A stretch of DNA of 64,000 nucleotides from Candidatus Krumholzibacteriia bacterium. GTDB lineage: Bacteria; Krumholzibacteriota; Krumholzibacteriia; LZORAL124-64-63. A program made the translations under genes and the position numbers. Below, one piece after another: positions 50,590-60,761 of this stretch. How positions within the stretch are numbered: position 1 is the stretch's first letter; each line of letters opens with the position of its first letter. Location of the stretch: contig CALOFL010000013.1 in NCBI GenBank assembly GCA_942492615.1, positions 72,839 through 136,838 of the forward strand, given 5' to 3'. Under the pieces are notes generated by a model, which searched no databases, had not been told where the DNA came from, and worked only from the letters and a program-made list of their open reading frames with translations.

Positions 50590-51550
50590 AGTCGGTGGTT
50601 GCAGAATCCTCGCCCGGCCCCCACTGCTGGAGGTCGACGCCAAGCGGTCGGCGGGGTCCTGTCGTACGGAACGCCTCGACCTCCGCCAGGTCCGGCAGCG
50701 TCTGCCGCCCTCCCCACCCACGGCACTTGAGGGCCGCGACGGCGGCCCCGAATTCCAGGCAGGCGCCAAAACTGCGGCCCTGTCCACGCGCGAACGCATA
50801 GCCGGCGTGAAATGCGTCTCCGGCTCCGGTCGTGTCGCGGACGGTCACCGCGAAAGCTGGAACGACCACCGGTTCGTCGTCCTCCAGGCCGAGCACACCC
50901 TGTTCGCCGAAGGTCATGGCCACGCGGGCTGGGCCCCGGTTGCGGAGCCACGCCAGGGCCCGGACGGGATCACGGTTGCCGGACAGGTCGGGCGCGAAGT
51001 CTCGGGACGAAACCACGTCGGTGCACAGCGCCACCAGTTCGGCGGACCCCGCGCGAACCGAACCGGCGTCCATGACGACGGGCAAGCCGCGCTCGCGGGC
51101 CAGGGTGGCCGCCGCGCTCGCTGCGGGCACGTCATGACCGTCGGTGTAGACCAGATCGATCCCGCTGAGCATCTCGGCGGTCACCACAGCCGGGTCCATG
51201 AGCGACAATCGGCCGCGGGACCAGAAAATCGTGCGGGTTGCCGCTACCTCGTCGACGAGGATCACGGCTTTCGGACTGACGCTGCCGGAAGGTCGGGGGC
51301 ACCAGGTCAGATCGACGCCCGCGTCGCGGAGTTCACGGGTCTGCAGTCGGCCGGGTTCGTCGTCGGTCAACGGCGTGAGCAGCCGGACGTCGGCGCCCAG
51401 GCGGGCCAGCGCCACCGCAGCGGTGGCCGCCGGACCGCCGCCGCCGATCCTGATCGACGGCACCTCCACCTTGGCGTCCGGAGCGGGCCATCGCGGCCCG
51501 ACCTGGACCGTCACATCGAAAGCGTTGTAGCCGACCACCAGGATTTTCAT
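50582..51550 (-). CDS. PfkB-family carbohydrate kinase (YihV-like)
   Basis: GGGPAATAAVALARLG, DTTGAGDAFHAG, AALKC..GGR. Confidence 0.88.
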   Translation of the reverse strand: MKILVVGYNAFDVTVQVGPRWPAPDAKVEVPSIRIGGGGPAATAAVALARLGADVRLLTPLTDDEPGRLQTRELRDAGVDLTWCPRPSGSVSPKAVILVDEVAATRTIFWSRGRLSLMDPAVVTAEMLSGIDLVYTDGHDVPAASAAATLARERGLPVVMDAGSVRAGSAELVALCTDVVSSRDFAPDLSGNRDPVRALAWLRNRGPARVAMTFGEQGVLGLEDDEPVVVPAFAVTVRDTTGAGDAFHAGYAFARGQGRSFGACLEFGAAVAALKCRGWGGRQTLPDLAEVEAFRTTGPRRPLGVDLQQWGPGEDSATTDFS

Positions 51551-51664
51551 ACGAACACCTCTGCCGGTACACCGACGACTGCCTTGTCCCGGGCCGCAGA
51601 ACCGTGATACGTTCGCGGCGGCGCAGTTCCCATCCTAGCACGGCCGTCTACCGAAAGGTCCACC

Positions 51665-52009
51665 ATGGGTTCCTGTCTATTCTGCGACATCGTCGCGGGG
51701 AAGATTCCCTGTGAGGAAGTCTATACCGATCCCGACTATCTGGCCTTCCGGGACATCGGGCCCCAGGCCCCGACCCACATCCTGGTGATTCCCCGTCGCC
51801 ACATCGCCAGCCTGACCGACCTCGGCGCAGACGACCGCGACCTCGCCGGCGGCCTCCTGATCGTGGCGACCGGTATCGCCCGGGCCGAGGGCCTGGACGA
51901 GGCCGGCTACCGGTTCGTCATCAACTGCGGCAAGGACGGAGGTCAGAGCGTGGGCCACCTGCATCTGCACGTCCTCGGCGGACGCGCCTTGGCTTGGCCG
52001 CCTGGTTGA
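51665..52009 (+). CDS. hinT: Histidine triad nucleotide-binding protein
   Basis: CLFCDIV, AFRDIGPQAPTHILVIP, GGQSVGHLHLHVLGGR. Confidence 0.93.
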   Translation: MGSCLFCDIVAGKIPCEEVYTDPDYLAFRDIGPQAPTHILVIPRRHIASLTDLGADDRDLAGGLLIVATGIARAEGLDEAGYRFVINCGKDGGQSVGHLHLHVLGGRALAWPPG

Positions 52010-52021
52010 CGGCGCCCCGGT

Positions 52022-53671
52022 TCAATTCAGGCGATAGTTGTTCATGTCGACGGCCTGCGGCAGGCGCCGGATGACGTTGACGAGACGGCGCTCGTCGATG
52101 TGGATGGGATCGAGATTGTCCAGCGCCCCGGTGCCTCCCCCGGTGAACATCAGGAAGTCGGCCAGCCCGCAGGGGTTGTGCGCGACATGACCGAGCGCGT
52201 GCCCCAGTTCGTGAAGCGTGACCTCGGTCACGAGCTTGGGTGTGCTCAGGACCGTGTTGATGAACACCTGCATCTTCTGCGGAACCACGCGGCCGAACTC
52301 GATATCCGGTCCGCTCGGCAGCAGCAGCGTGACCTCGCCGTAGTCCGTCTGCTCGTTGTTGAAGAGGAAATTCAGATCGGCGGCCTCGGCGTCCGCGGTG
52401 CGAACGAAATACTCCTCCCCCATGGCGATGTTCCAGAATTCCAGCGCCGCGTCGACCGCGAGGTCCATCCGCACCAGATCCTGGTTGGTCACTTCCGGCA
52501 CGTAAACCGTCAGGGGGTAGGTGTCCCACCGGTAGAGGATGGAACGGTTTTCATCCAGGGGGTCGTCGTCGGTCCGCGTCATGGACCGTAGGAAAGGCAG
52601 GAACAGTCCGGCCGGATTCGTGGACCAGCAGATCTCGTCGGTCACGTAGCGGCTGATCAGCACGATATCCTGTCCGGGAGCTTCGTAGGTCAGCGGTTCC
52701 GACTGGAAATCGTACCACGAGGTCAACGGTTCGCCGGGCAGATCCTCGTTGCGGGAGGTGGTGTAGACCCGGACCGTGTCGATGTTGCGGAACGGGCCCA
52801 GGCGGTAGAATCCCGTGCCGTCGGTGTTGTCGGAGATCTCTGGCGACACCGAAGCGACGATGATACCCAGCAGATTGTTGTCGCGATCGTCGCTCACGGT
52901 CCCTTCGATGAACCACGGGTACGTGATCTCGTGGGAAACCGAGTAATCCAGGGACGACATCTGGTCGAACGTATCGATGGCGCGCACCGCGAACCAGCCC
53001 GTCTGCCCGGGCAGCATGCCGTCGTCGCTTTCGGTGTAAAGCTTGCCGTAACCGACCTGCCCCGGGACCGCTGCGTAAGTGCCCAGGATGCGGGCCGCGT
53101 CCCAGTTGGCCTCGCTGATGGGCCCGGCGAAACTGACGGCCACCACGTAGGCGACAATGGGGAAGGCCGAGGTCGGTACCCGGTTCCAGACCACCTCCAC
53201 ATCCGCCGGTTGCGGACCGGGGCCGGCGTTCACGCTCGGAACCTGCGGCGGGATCAGGCTCGGATCCTCCCGGACCTGCACGACCCAGTAGGTGGAGTCG
53301 TCGTAGGCCCCCGACAAGGCCTTGACCGAGACGGTGTCCGGGCCCACGGCCTGCGGCCGGTAGCGGTAGTCCGGCGTGTTGCTGACGATGTCACCCCGAC
53401 GCCGCCAGGTCACGTCCAGGGAGCCCGCCGGGTCGACAACGGCCCTGAAGTCGAGGGAGTCGCTGAGAAAAATCTGCTGGGCCCTCGCCGACGGTGTGAA
53501 AACGAATTCGGGCTCGGTTCCGCCGCCGCCGCCGCCGCCGGGATCGGTGCTGCTCGAACAACCGACCCAACCCAGGACTGCGGCCAGGAACAGCGGAAGG
53601 ATCACAATCCCTAGCTGCTGGCCGTGTTTCCTGCGCGGCGTGTCCTTGTATTTCCAGGAGGTGTTCTTCAT
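52022..53671 (-). CDS. Lipoprotein with Ig/FN3-like domains and C-terminal matrixin-like zinc metalloprotease
   Basis: Lipobox WVGC; FN3-like segment (VVW..YVVAVS..WFAVRAID); carboxypeptidase-regulatory-like strand pattern; HELGHALGHVAH followed by FLMF. Confidence 0.78.
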   Translation of the reverse strand: MKNTSWKYKDTPRRKHGQQLGIVILPLFLAAVLGWVGCSSSTDPGGGGGGGTEPEFVFTPSARAQQIFLSDSLDFRAVVDPAGSLDVTWRRRGDIVSNTPDYRYRPQAVGPDTVSVKALSGAYDDSTYWVVQVREDPSLIPPQVPSVNAGPGPQPADVEVVWNRVPTSAFPIVAYVVAVSFAGPISEANWDAARILGTYAAVPGQVGYGKLYTESDDGMLPGQTGWFAVRAIDTFDQMSSLDYSVSHEITYPWFIEGTVSDDRDNNLLGIIVASVSPEISDNTDGTGFYRLGPFRNIDTVRVYTTSRNEDLPGEPLTSWYDFQSEPLTYEAPGQDIVLISRYVTDEICWSTNPAGLFLPFLRSMTRTDDDPLDENRSILYRWDTYPLTVYVPEVTNQDLVRMDLAVDAALEFWNIAMGEEYFVRTADAEAADLNFLFNNEQTDYGEVTLLLPSGPDIEFGRVVPQKMQVFINTVLSTPKLVTEVTLHELGHALGHVAHNPCGLADFLMFTGGGTGALDNLDPIHIDERRLVNVIRRLPQAVDMNNYRLN

Positions 53672-53750
53672 GGTTGCCTCAATCTACGAAGACCGGCTCC
53701 GACCCACAATAGACGGCCGCCGATTGATCCCGGCTGATCCCGGCTACCGG

Positions 53751-55403
53751 CTATTCGGAGCGATATTTCCTGTCTGCCGGCAGAATCCACCACTCGGCCA
53801 GGTTATTGATCGGCGACAGCAGGTGGGGCTGGACGTTCTGCAGGCGGCGGCTGATCCCCACCAGGGTTCGCCGGTAGAAGAGGTAGGCCGCCGGGGGGTC
53901 GGCCGCCAGGACTTCCTGGAGCTCGAACCACACCGGTAGCGCCTGTTCCGCAGCGGTCATGCCGAGCGCCAGTTCGAGCAGCGAATCGACCTGGGCGTTG
54001 GCGTAGTGCCCGCTGTTGAATTCCCCGACGGCAGCGGAATGCACGTAACCGGAGGGATCGCCGTGGAGGTTGGCGTTCAACAGGCCGAAATAGGCGTCGA
54101 ACTCCCCGGACCGCAGCCGCTCGAGGCCCGTGGCGAGTTCGAGTACCCTCAGGTCGACCGCCACGCCGACCGCTCTGAGATTCTCACGGATGATGACCGC
54201 ACCGTTTTCACGGATGGGATCGCCCTGGCGGGTGAGGATCTCGAAACGGAAATCACGGCCGTCCCTTTCCAGCACGCCGTCGCCGTCCGAGTCGCGCCAG
54301 CCCGCGGCGGCCAGCAGCGTCCGCGCGTGTTCGGGGTCGAAGTCGTCGGCGGCCAGTTCACCGTGGAAATTCCACAGGGCCGGCGGTATCGGGCCCACGC
54401 CGGCACGTCCGAATCCCAGCAGGAGCGTGTCGATCATCCGCGCGCGGTCCAGGGCGTGCGACAGCGCCTTGCGGGTGGCCTGATCGGCGAACAACGGATT
54501 GGCAAAATTCCATTGGAGATAGTAGAAGCTGCGGCTGCCGACCGCTTCGATCCGGATGTCCTGACGCTTTTCCAGCCGCCTGGCCGTATCCGGGGACAAA
54601 CCGAAGACGAGGTCGACCTCGCCGGTTTCCAGGGCCACGGTCCTGGCGCCCTCTTCCGGCAGGATCCGAAAGACCACCCTGTCGAGCAACGCGGGCCGGC
54701 CCGAATAGAACCCGTTGCGCGCCAGGGACAGTGACCGATTGTGCGCCCAGTCCTCGAGCACGAACTCCCCGGAAGAAAGCGGCGCGCGATTCAGGGGCCA
54801 GTTCCTGACCTCCCCCGGCGCCAACAAAGTCGTCAGGTGGCGCGGCAGGATATGGTGCCAGGTGCGCCGCAATGGATCGGGCAGGGGGCGGGCCAGGGTG
54901 TACTTCACCGTCACCGAGTCCAGGGCCGTCGCGTCCAGGACATCGCGGTAGGTGCCCCGCCGGGGGCTGGCGACGCGTTCATCCTTGAAGAGGGCGAACG
55001 ACGATACCACGTCGTAGGCCGTCAACGGCTCACCGTCGGACCAGAGCCAGTCTTGCAGGTGGTAGGTGATCGAGAGCCGGTCGGGGGCCAGATCCCAGGA
55101 CGCGGCGATTCTGGGCTCGTAGCTCAGCTCATTGGACATCTCGGTCAGACCGTCATGAAGTTCGGCGTAGATATATCCGGCGTTCGACGAGGTGCTGATC
55201 AGCGGATTGAGCGCGTCGGGCTCCGAGTTGAGCGCCACGACAGCAGTACCGCCCTGCCGGGGCACACCCGCCTCCCCCACACCGGCCTCCTGCTGCTCAC
55301 CGCAGGCATTCGCCAGGAACAACAGCGGCAGCAGCACCGACAACCGGTTGCAGCGGTACAGTGGCGAGCGGGCAATCCGAACCGACACAGGCAGCTCCTT
55401 CAT
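53751..55403 (-). CDS. ABC transporter solute-binding protein family 5 (OppA/DppA-like lipoprotein), no permeases adjacent
   Basis: Start reassigned to ATG 55403 downstream of the terminator; lipobox LANAC; EPDALNP, LAASW-like, WSDGEPLTAYDV, GEFVLEDW, GEVDL, GWRDSDGDGVLERDG. Confidence 0.9.
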   Translation of the reverse strand: MKELPVSVRIARSPLYRCNRLSVLLPLLFLANACGEQQEAGVGEAGVPRQGGTAVVALNSEPDALNPLISTSSNAGYIYAELHDGLTEMSNELSYEPRIAASWDLAPDRLSITYHLQDWLWSDGEPLTAYDVVSSFALFKDERVASPRRGTYRDVLDATALDSVTVKYTLARPLPDPLRRTWHHILPRHLTTLLAPGEVRNWPLNRAPLSSGEFVLEDWAHNRSLSLARNGFYSGRPALLDRVVFRILPEEGARTVALETGEVDLVFGLSPDTARRLEKRQDIRIEAVGSRSFYYLQWNFANPLFADQATRKALSHALDRARMIDTLLLGFGRAGVGPIPPALWNFHGELAADDFDPEHARTLLAAAGWRDSDGDGVLERDGRDFRFEILTRQGDPIRENGAVIIRENLRAVGVAVDLRVLELATGLERLRSGEFDAYFGLLNANLHGDPSGYVHSAAVGEFNSGHYANAQVDSLLELALGMTAAEQALPVWFELQEVLAADPPAAYLFYRRTLVGISRRLQNVQPHLLSPINNLAEWWILPADRKYRSE

Positions 55404-55435
55404 GGCCGAAGGACAATCGGCCGTCACTGCGGCCA

Positions 55436-55477
55436 CAACAAAAACCAGGGGTGCGGATATCTCGATCCGCACCCCTG
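55436..55477 (-). terminator. Intrinsic terminator after the C25 peptidase gene
   Basis: 13-bp stem CAGGGGTGCGGAT/ATCCGCACCCCTG followed by GTTTTTGTTGT on the minus strand. Confidence 0.85.
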
Positions 55478-55512
55478 CAAGGTACCGTCAGGCCCGAAAG
55501 CCGTCAATCCTG

Positions 55513-58500
55513 CTACTTCACCAGGGTCATCTTGCGGGTCAGCACCTCGCCCGAATGTACCGCCTGCATGAAGTAGACGCCGCTGGCCGAGCCGCGACCG
55601 CTATCGTCGCGGCCGTCCCACACCAGCGTATGCCAGCCCGCCGAGATCCGACCCGTGTAGAGGGTCCTGATCTTGCGCCCCTTGATGTCGAAAACCGCCA
55701 GGCCCAGATCCCCGTCGCGGGGAATGTTCAGCCGGATGGCCGTCGAGGGGTTGAACGGGTTGGGGTACGGCTGCTGCACCAGGAAATCCCGGACAGGCAG
55801 ATCGCGCGGGTCTTCGACCGGCACGAGATCCATGGAGAAGTACACGCCGTCCCGCTTGGTGCCGCCGCCGAAGGTGGGCCACGGCACGTTGGTCCGGTCG
55901 TACGCGAACGGCATGTCCCAGACGTGGGTCAGGAAGTCCCAGCCGCCGTAGACGATGTCGACGTCCGAGTCGGCGTCGATATCGGTGATGACGACCGACG
56001 GCATCAGCGGTCCGGTCAAGGTGATGGGGAAGCCGTCGACGGGGTCGCCGTCGGCCTCGTAGGCATAGAGGTTGTAGGGCGAACTCTCGTCGCCGCCACC
56101 GATCCCGTGCAGAATGTCGGGCACCGTGTCGCCATTGATGTCGCCCACCACGGGACTGCCTTCGGAGCTGCCGGGCAGGGTCACCGGGAAGCCGGCCAGG
56201 ACCTGGCCGGAGGTCCCGCCTGCCGTAGTCGGTGTCGACGACCACGATCTTGCTCTGCAGACCCGAAAGGCTCGGCGCGTAGATGATCTCCAGGAACGGA
56301 TCACCGTCCATATTGCCGACCGCGGGGCTGCCCACCCAGTTGAGATCCGTCGTGATGTTCATATAGACCGGGAACCCGGGATAGTTGGTCCCGTCCTCCT
56401 GGACGGCATACAGCCACTTCGCCGAGGAAAAGAAGACGATCTCCATGACCCCGTTGTTGTCCAGATCAGCCACGGCCGGATCGCAGGCGATCGCCCCGGT
56501 GGCCGTATACGGGAATCCGGGCACGTCGGTGCCGTCGTACCGGATCGCCATCAGGCGCTTCAGCCCGGTGGCGTCGTTCCGCGTGCCGAAGATGATGTCC
56601 TTGGCCCCGTCGCCATCCAGGTCGTAGAGGGCCGGACCGCTGCGGGACCATTCGAATTCGGCTCCGGGGCGGAAGAAGAAGGGTCCGATGGTCGACGGCG
56701 TGCCGTCGCCGTCAGCCAGCTCGGTGCCGTCGTGATGCCAGACATGCACCCACCCGTTCAGGCCGTTGACCACGATTTCCATGTCCCCGTCACCGTCGAC
56801 ATCACCGACCGCGGGCGAGGCCCAGTTCCAGTCGGTGCCGGCCTTGTTGGCGATCGTCTGCGGCCACCCGGCCATTTCCGTTCCGTCCTTCTTGAAGACG
56901 TGGATCTTGATGCCCGGGGCCCGCTCGCTGACGATCATCTCCTGACCGCCGAGACCGTCGAGGTTGGCCAGGGTGATGCCCGCCGGCTGCAGGATGTAAC
57001 CCTCGGGGAAATCGGTGAAGTTGCCGAGGGTCTGCGAATCGCCGTCGCCGTCCAGCAGCTCCGAGCCGTCGTGATGCCAGACGTAGACCTGACCACTGGC
57101 CAGGACCACTTCCTTGTCACCGTCACCGTCGACATCGCCGACGGCGAGGTGGCCGCTCGTCTCGTTCTGGAAGGGCACGGGAAATCCTTCGCGCTCGGCC
57201 GGAGCGGTCGCCTGCTCCACCACCAGCGACTGGGGACTGGAAACCCGCGAGGAGTCCACCGCCGCCACCTTGTAGTAGTAGCGGGTCAGCTGGTTCAGCC
57301 CTTCATCGCGGAAGTACGCCGTTCCGGCTATGACATCCGCGTTGACCTTCACGTAGGTCCCGAATTCCGCGTCACTGCGGTAGACATTGTAACCGTAGAT
57401 GTTCGTGCCGAAGGGCGGTTCCCAGCTCAGTGCGATGACATCCGCGCCCAGCGACGTGTCGGTCGAGATGTTCAGTGGTGCGGTCGGCCGCGTCAGCGCA
57501 AACGTGTGCAAGGTCTCGCGCCCCATGCCGTCAACCACGTTCAGGTAGCTGGAAAAGTGCTTGGTCACGTCGTTGATCGACAGGGAAACCACCGCCGTGC
57601 TGGCGCCGGTTTCGAGGAACGCCAGATCCGGCAGGGCCGTCAGCGAATCATAGAGAACGACGTTGCCGTTGAAGGTCCGCAGCCTGCCGGCCAGGGTATT
57701 GGCCTCACCGACGCCGAAGTTCTTCACCTCGAACGTCACGTTGATACGTTCGCCGTTGCTGACGATCCCGTTGCCGTCGCCGTAGGTGTCATCTTCCCAG
57801 TCGAGGGCAAACACCTCGAGTTCGGGAGCGTTGACGGTCAGCGTCCACTCCGAGAGATAATTCGCCGGCCCGTCGGCCACGTCGACCTGGAATTCGACCT
57901 TGGCGTGCCGTCGGCAACCGTCGGATCGAATGCTGACCAGGAAGGGAGTCTGGGCCGCGGTGGAAACCGCCGGCGCACGTCGCCGGGAAGCTGGCCGTGC
58001 CGGTCACGATGGTCACGCCGGGGGTCGTCGTGGTCAGGACGCCGGTCCGCGTCGGGGTGCCGGCGCCGCCGGTCTCCTCGAGCACCGCCGTCAGGGCAAT
58101 CGTCTCGCCGGCCTCGACGGCCCCATTGCCGTTGCCGCTGCTGCCGGCGGTGCCGTCGTCCTCGGCGGACATGGCATAGTCCAGGGCCAGGTAGGCCGAA
58201 CCGGCCGTGACCGGAAGATTCACGGTCGTGAGCGCCAGATTCTTGCCGGTCACCGTCAGGACCGCGTTGCCGGTCGTGACGGGCAGGAAATCCAGCGTGA
58301 TCTGGCCCATGATATTCGGTGGTCCCGTAGACGTAGTCCTCGCCGTCCTTGGCCAGGCAGACCAGGGCTCTGACCACCGGACTGCCGACTGTCGGTGATG
58401 GTGAAGTTCACTGTCTGCGGTCCGATATTCAGGCCCGACGGCCCGGCGATGTTCATGGCCCGCGGCGAAGCGGTCCAGATCGCCAGTGTCGGGTCGCCGA

Positions 58501-60393
58501 GCAGCGTGTAGTTCTCGAAGGTCCAGCGATCCACGTAGTTGTATATGGTCGCGCCCAGGAAGGGCAAACGGCTGAGGGCCACCAGGCGGCCCACCCGGGT
58601 TTCACCCTGGCAGTAAAGCTGCTCGAAAAATTCCTGCTGGTAGTTGTTGGAGTTGTTGGGGAAGGCCGCCCGCGCCGAACCGATCGAGCAGACGGACCCG
58701 CCGTTGGGGTTCTGCACGAAGCGCTCGAGCAGGCACGAGTTGTCGAACGCACCGGACGCGCAATTCAGCGCGTAGATCATGAACAGGTTGTCGCCGTTGG
58801 TCAGCTGGTCAGCGTCGGTGGTCATGAAGTTGGCGTCGCCGACCGACATGTTGAAGTAGTAGCCGTGCCCGATCTGGTTGAACATCCCGTAGTTGCCGGT
58901 GTTCAGGGTGTCGATCAGGGCACTCAGGTTCAACGGGGCGTCCCAGGGGAACAGGTCGTCGGTCTGGTACATCCGCGTGTACTCCATGTCCGTGCAGGGG
59001 ATCATGAAGTCGTTGACCTGCTGGTCGGCGTACTGGGCGCCGTCCAGGATTATGTAGTTACCATCCGGGTAATCGGAAGGGAACAGGACCTCGGCCGCGA
59101 ACAGGGCGCGGTTGGGCCATTCGGCCCCCGCAGCGGTCGTCTCGTAGGTCATGACCTTGTCGACGAAAACCGTCGGCCGCGGCCGGAGTGCTCACCGTGG
59201 CCCGGCCGATGTAGACCTCTTCGGCGAAATCGGCCATCGTCACCGGGATCGCCGGAGATGGCCGGTTCGCCGAAATTGGCGTTGCCGTTGGCGTTCCAGT
59301 TGCCGTCCAGGCAGGCGAAATACAGATCGACCGGGAATGGAGGTGTAACCGTTGGTCGGGTAGAAGGTGTTGTCGACGTAGCGCGGCGGCAGGATGTCCG
59401 AGTCGCCGCCCAGCAGCACGTACTCCATCCCCCACTTCTCGTAGGCGTCCCGGATGAACATCCGGATGGTTTCCTGGATGTCGGCCCCGTTGCGGTAGTT
59501 GGCCTGGATGAACTCCGTGGTGGCCACGACGGTGGGCAAACCCTGGGCCGTCTTGTAGTCGGCCAGGACCTGGAACTCGGCCGTCATGTCCTCGTTGGTG
59601 ATGATCAGGTACTCGACGGCGCTGCCGGTCAGGCTGGGCGCCGAGGTGGGCTGGAAGCCCCGATGGACTCGCCATGGATCGGCTGACCGTTCTCGCGCGG
59701 GTAACCGGACAGCATCTCCGGATTGTCCACCAGGCTCTGCAGCGTCGCCATGTTTTCGCCGATCTCACCGGCGACCAGCCGCTGCCGAACGGCATAATCC
59801 GCCGCCGGCGCCGCGGCGCCGTACTCGACGCGCACGGCAAAATCATTCAGGTATTCCAGACGCACGCCGGCGTCGGTCTGGATCTCGCGGACCGGATAGA
59901 CATCCACCGCCAGCAGGCGGTAACCGCGCCACACGTGGGTCCCGCCGAAGCGCCCCCAGGTCGTGGGAAAGGCCGGGCCGTCGCTCGGCAGGGACGTTGT
60001 CAGGACCCTCTCGCCGCCGTCGGTGAGATGGGCCGGTGAAACCGCCAGCGGTCCGGGGAGAATCTCCGTGCGAACGCCCAGGGGTTCGACCGTGATGCCG
60101 GTGACGGTACGATCCATGGGGATCAGAAAAATCATGGGATGGACCGGCAGCTTCGGCAGCCCCGGTTCCTCGAGATGACGTCCGCCGTTGAGAACCGGGA
60201 AGAGCTTCCCGTTCGTCGCGGCGTCCCAGGTCAGGTCCGCCGGATCGAACGAACCTTCGAAGATGACCTGTCCGTCCGCCGCTGAAGCGGTTGCTGAGAT
60301 TCCGGCGACACCGGCAACGGACAACATCAGGGTAACAAGAAGAATGGATCGGGAAGCAATATTGAGAACGGGGCGAATTCCGAACGCTTGCAT
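55513..60393 (-). CDS. Gingipain-like C25 cysteine peptidase with propeptide, Ig/FN3, eight FG-GAP/VCBS-like repeats and FlgD-Ig/T9SS-like C-terminal domain (~1620 aa; about eight or more apparent frameshifts)
   Basis: Six ORF-track fragments chain into one gene: signal plus propeptide; YLIIT, YVLLGGD, RATV; catalytic IGHG and LNCASG; YTLLGDP; DxDGDG repeats; PYPNPFNPST..VWDGRDDSG..SGVYF..KMTLVK. Confidence 0.85.
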
Positions 60394-60653
60394 GCAGGGC
60401 CTCCAGAACGACCGGTCGCTAGGCGGACGACACAGTCCGCAGTCACAACCGATGACAAGATTGGCGAGGATCTGAACTGCTCTGAACCTCAGGATCGTCT
60501 TCTCTAAAGCTGTCTAATCTGCCCGTTAACCGGCGTGAACGCGGTCAACGGTTCTGCTGCTCGTTAGCGGTGGGTGTCTGCGACGACCTCCCGGTAGCGC
60601 GTTGGATGATCCTGAAAAGTGCAAACTGGTTCGACGGCCAGCATTGACGGGTT

Positions 60654-60681
60654 ACTATACCACAAACCCTCCAAGGGTCAA
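60654..60681 (-). promoter_or_regulatory. sigma70-type promoter upstream of the C25 gene
   Basis: TTGACC (60681-60676), 16 bp, TATAGT (60659-60654) with extended TG; implies a ~255-nt leader. Confidence 0.65.
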
Positions 60682-60761
60682 TGCAGCAAAAGTGGACCTT
60701 ATATGGTGGAAATTGATACGTACGCGCCAAAATACCCATCCAAGCACAAACCGACAATGGC

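Noticed and set aside
53722-53745. Short tandem TGATCCCGGC x2 between the SBP and metalloprotease genes
   Set aside because: Only two 10-bp copies with no spacers or array structure; not CRISPR-like.
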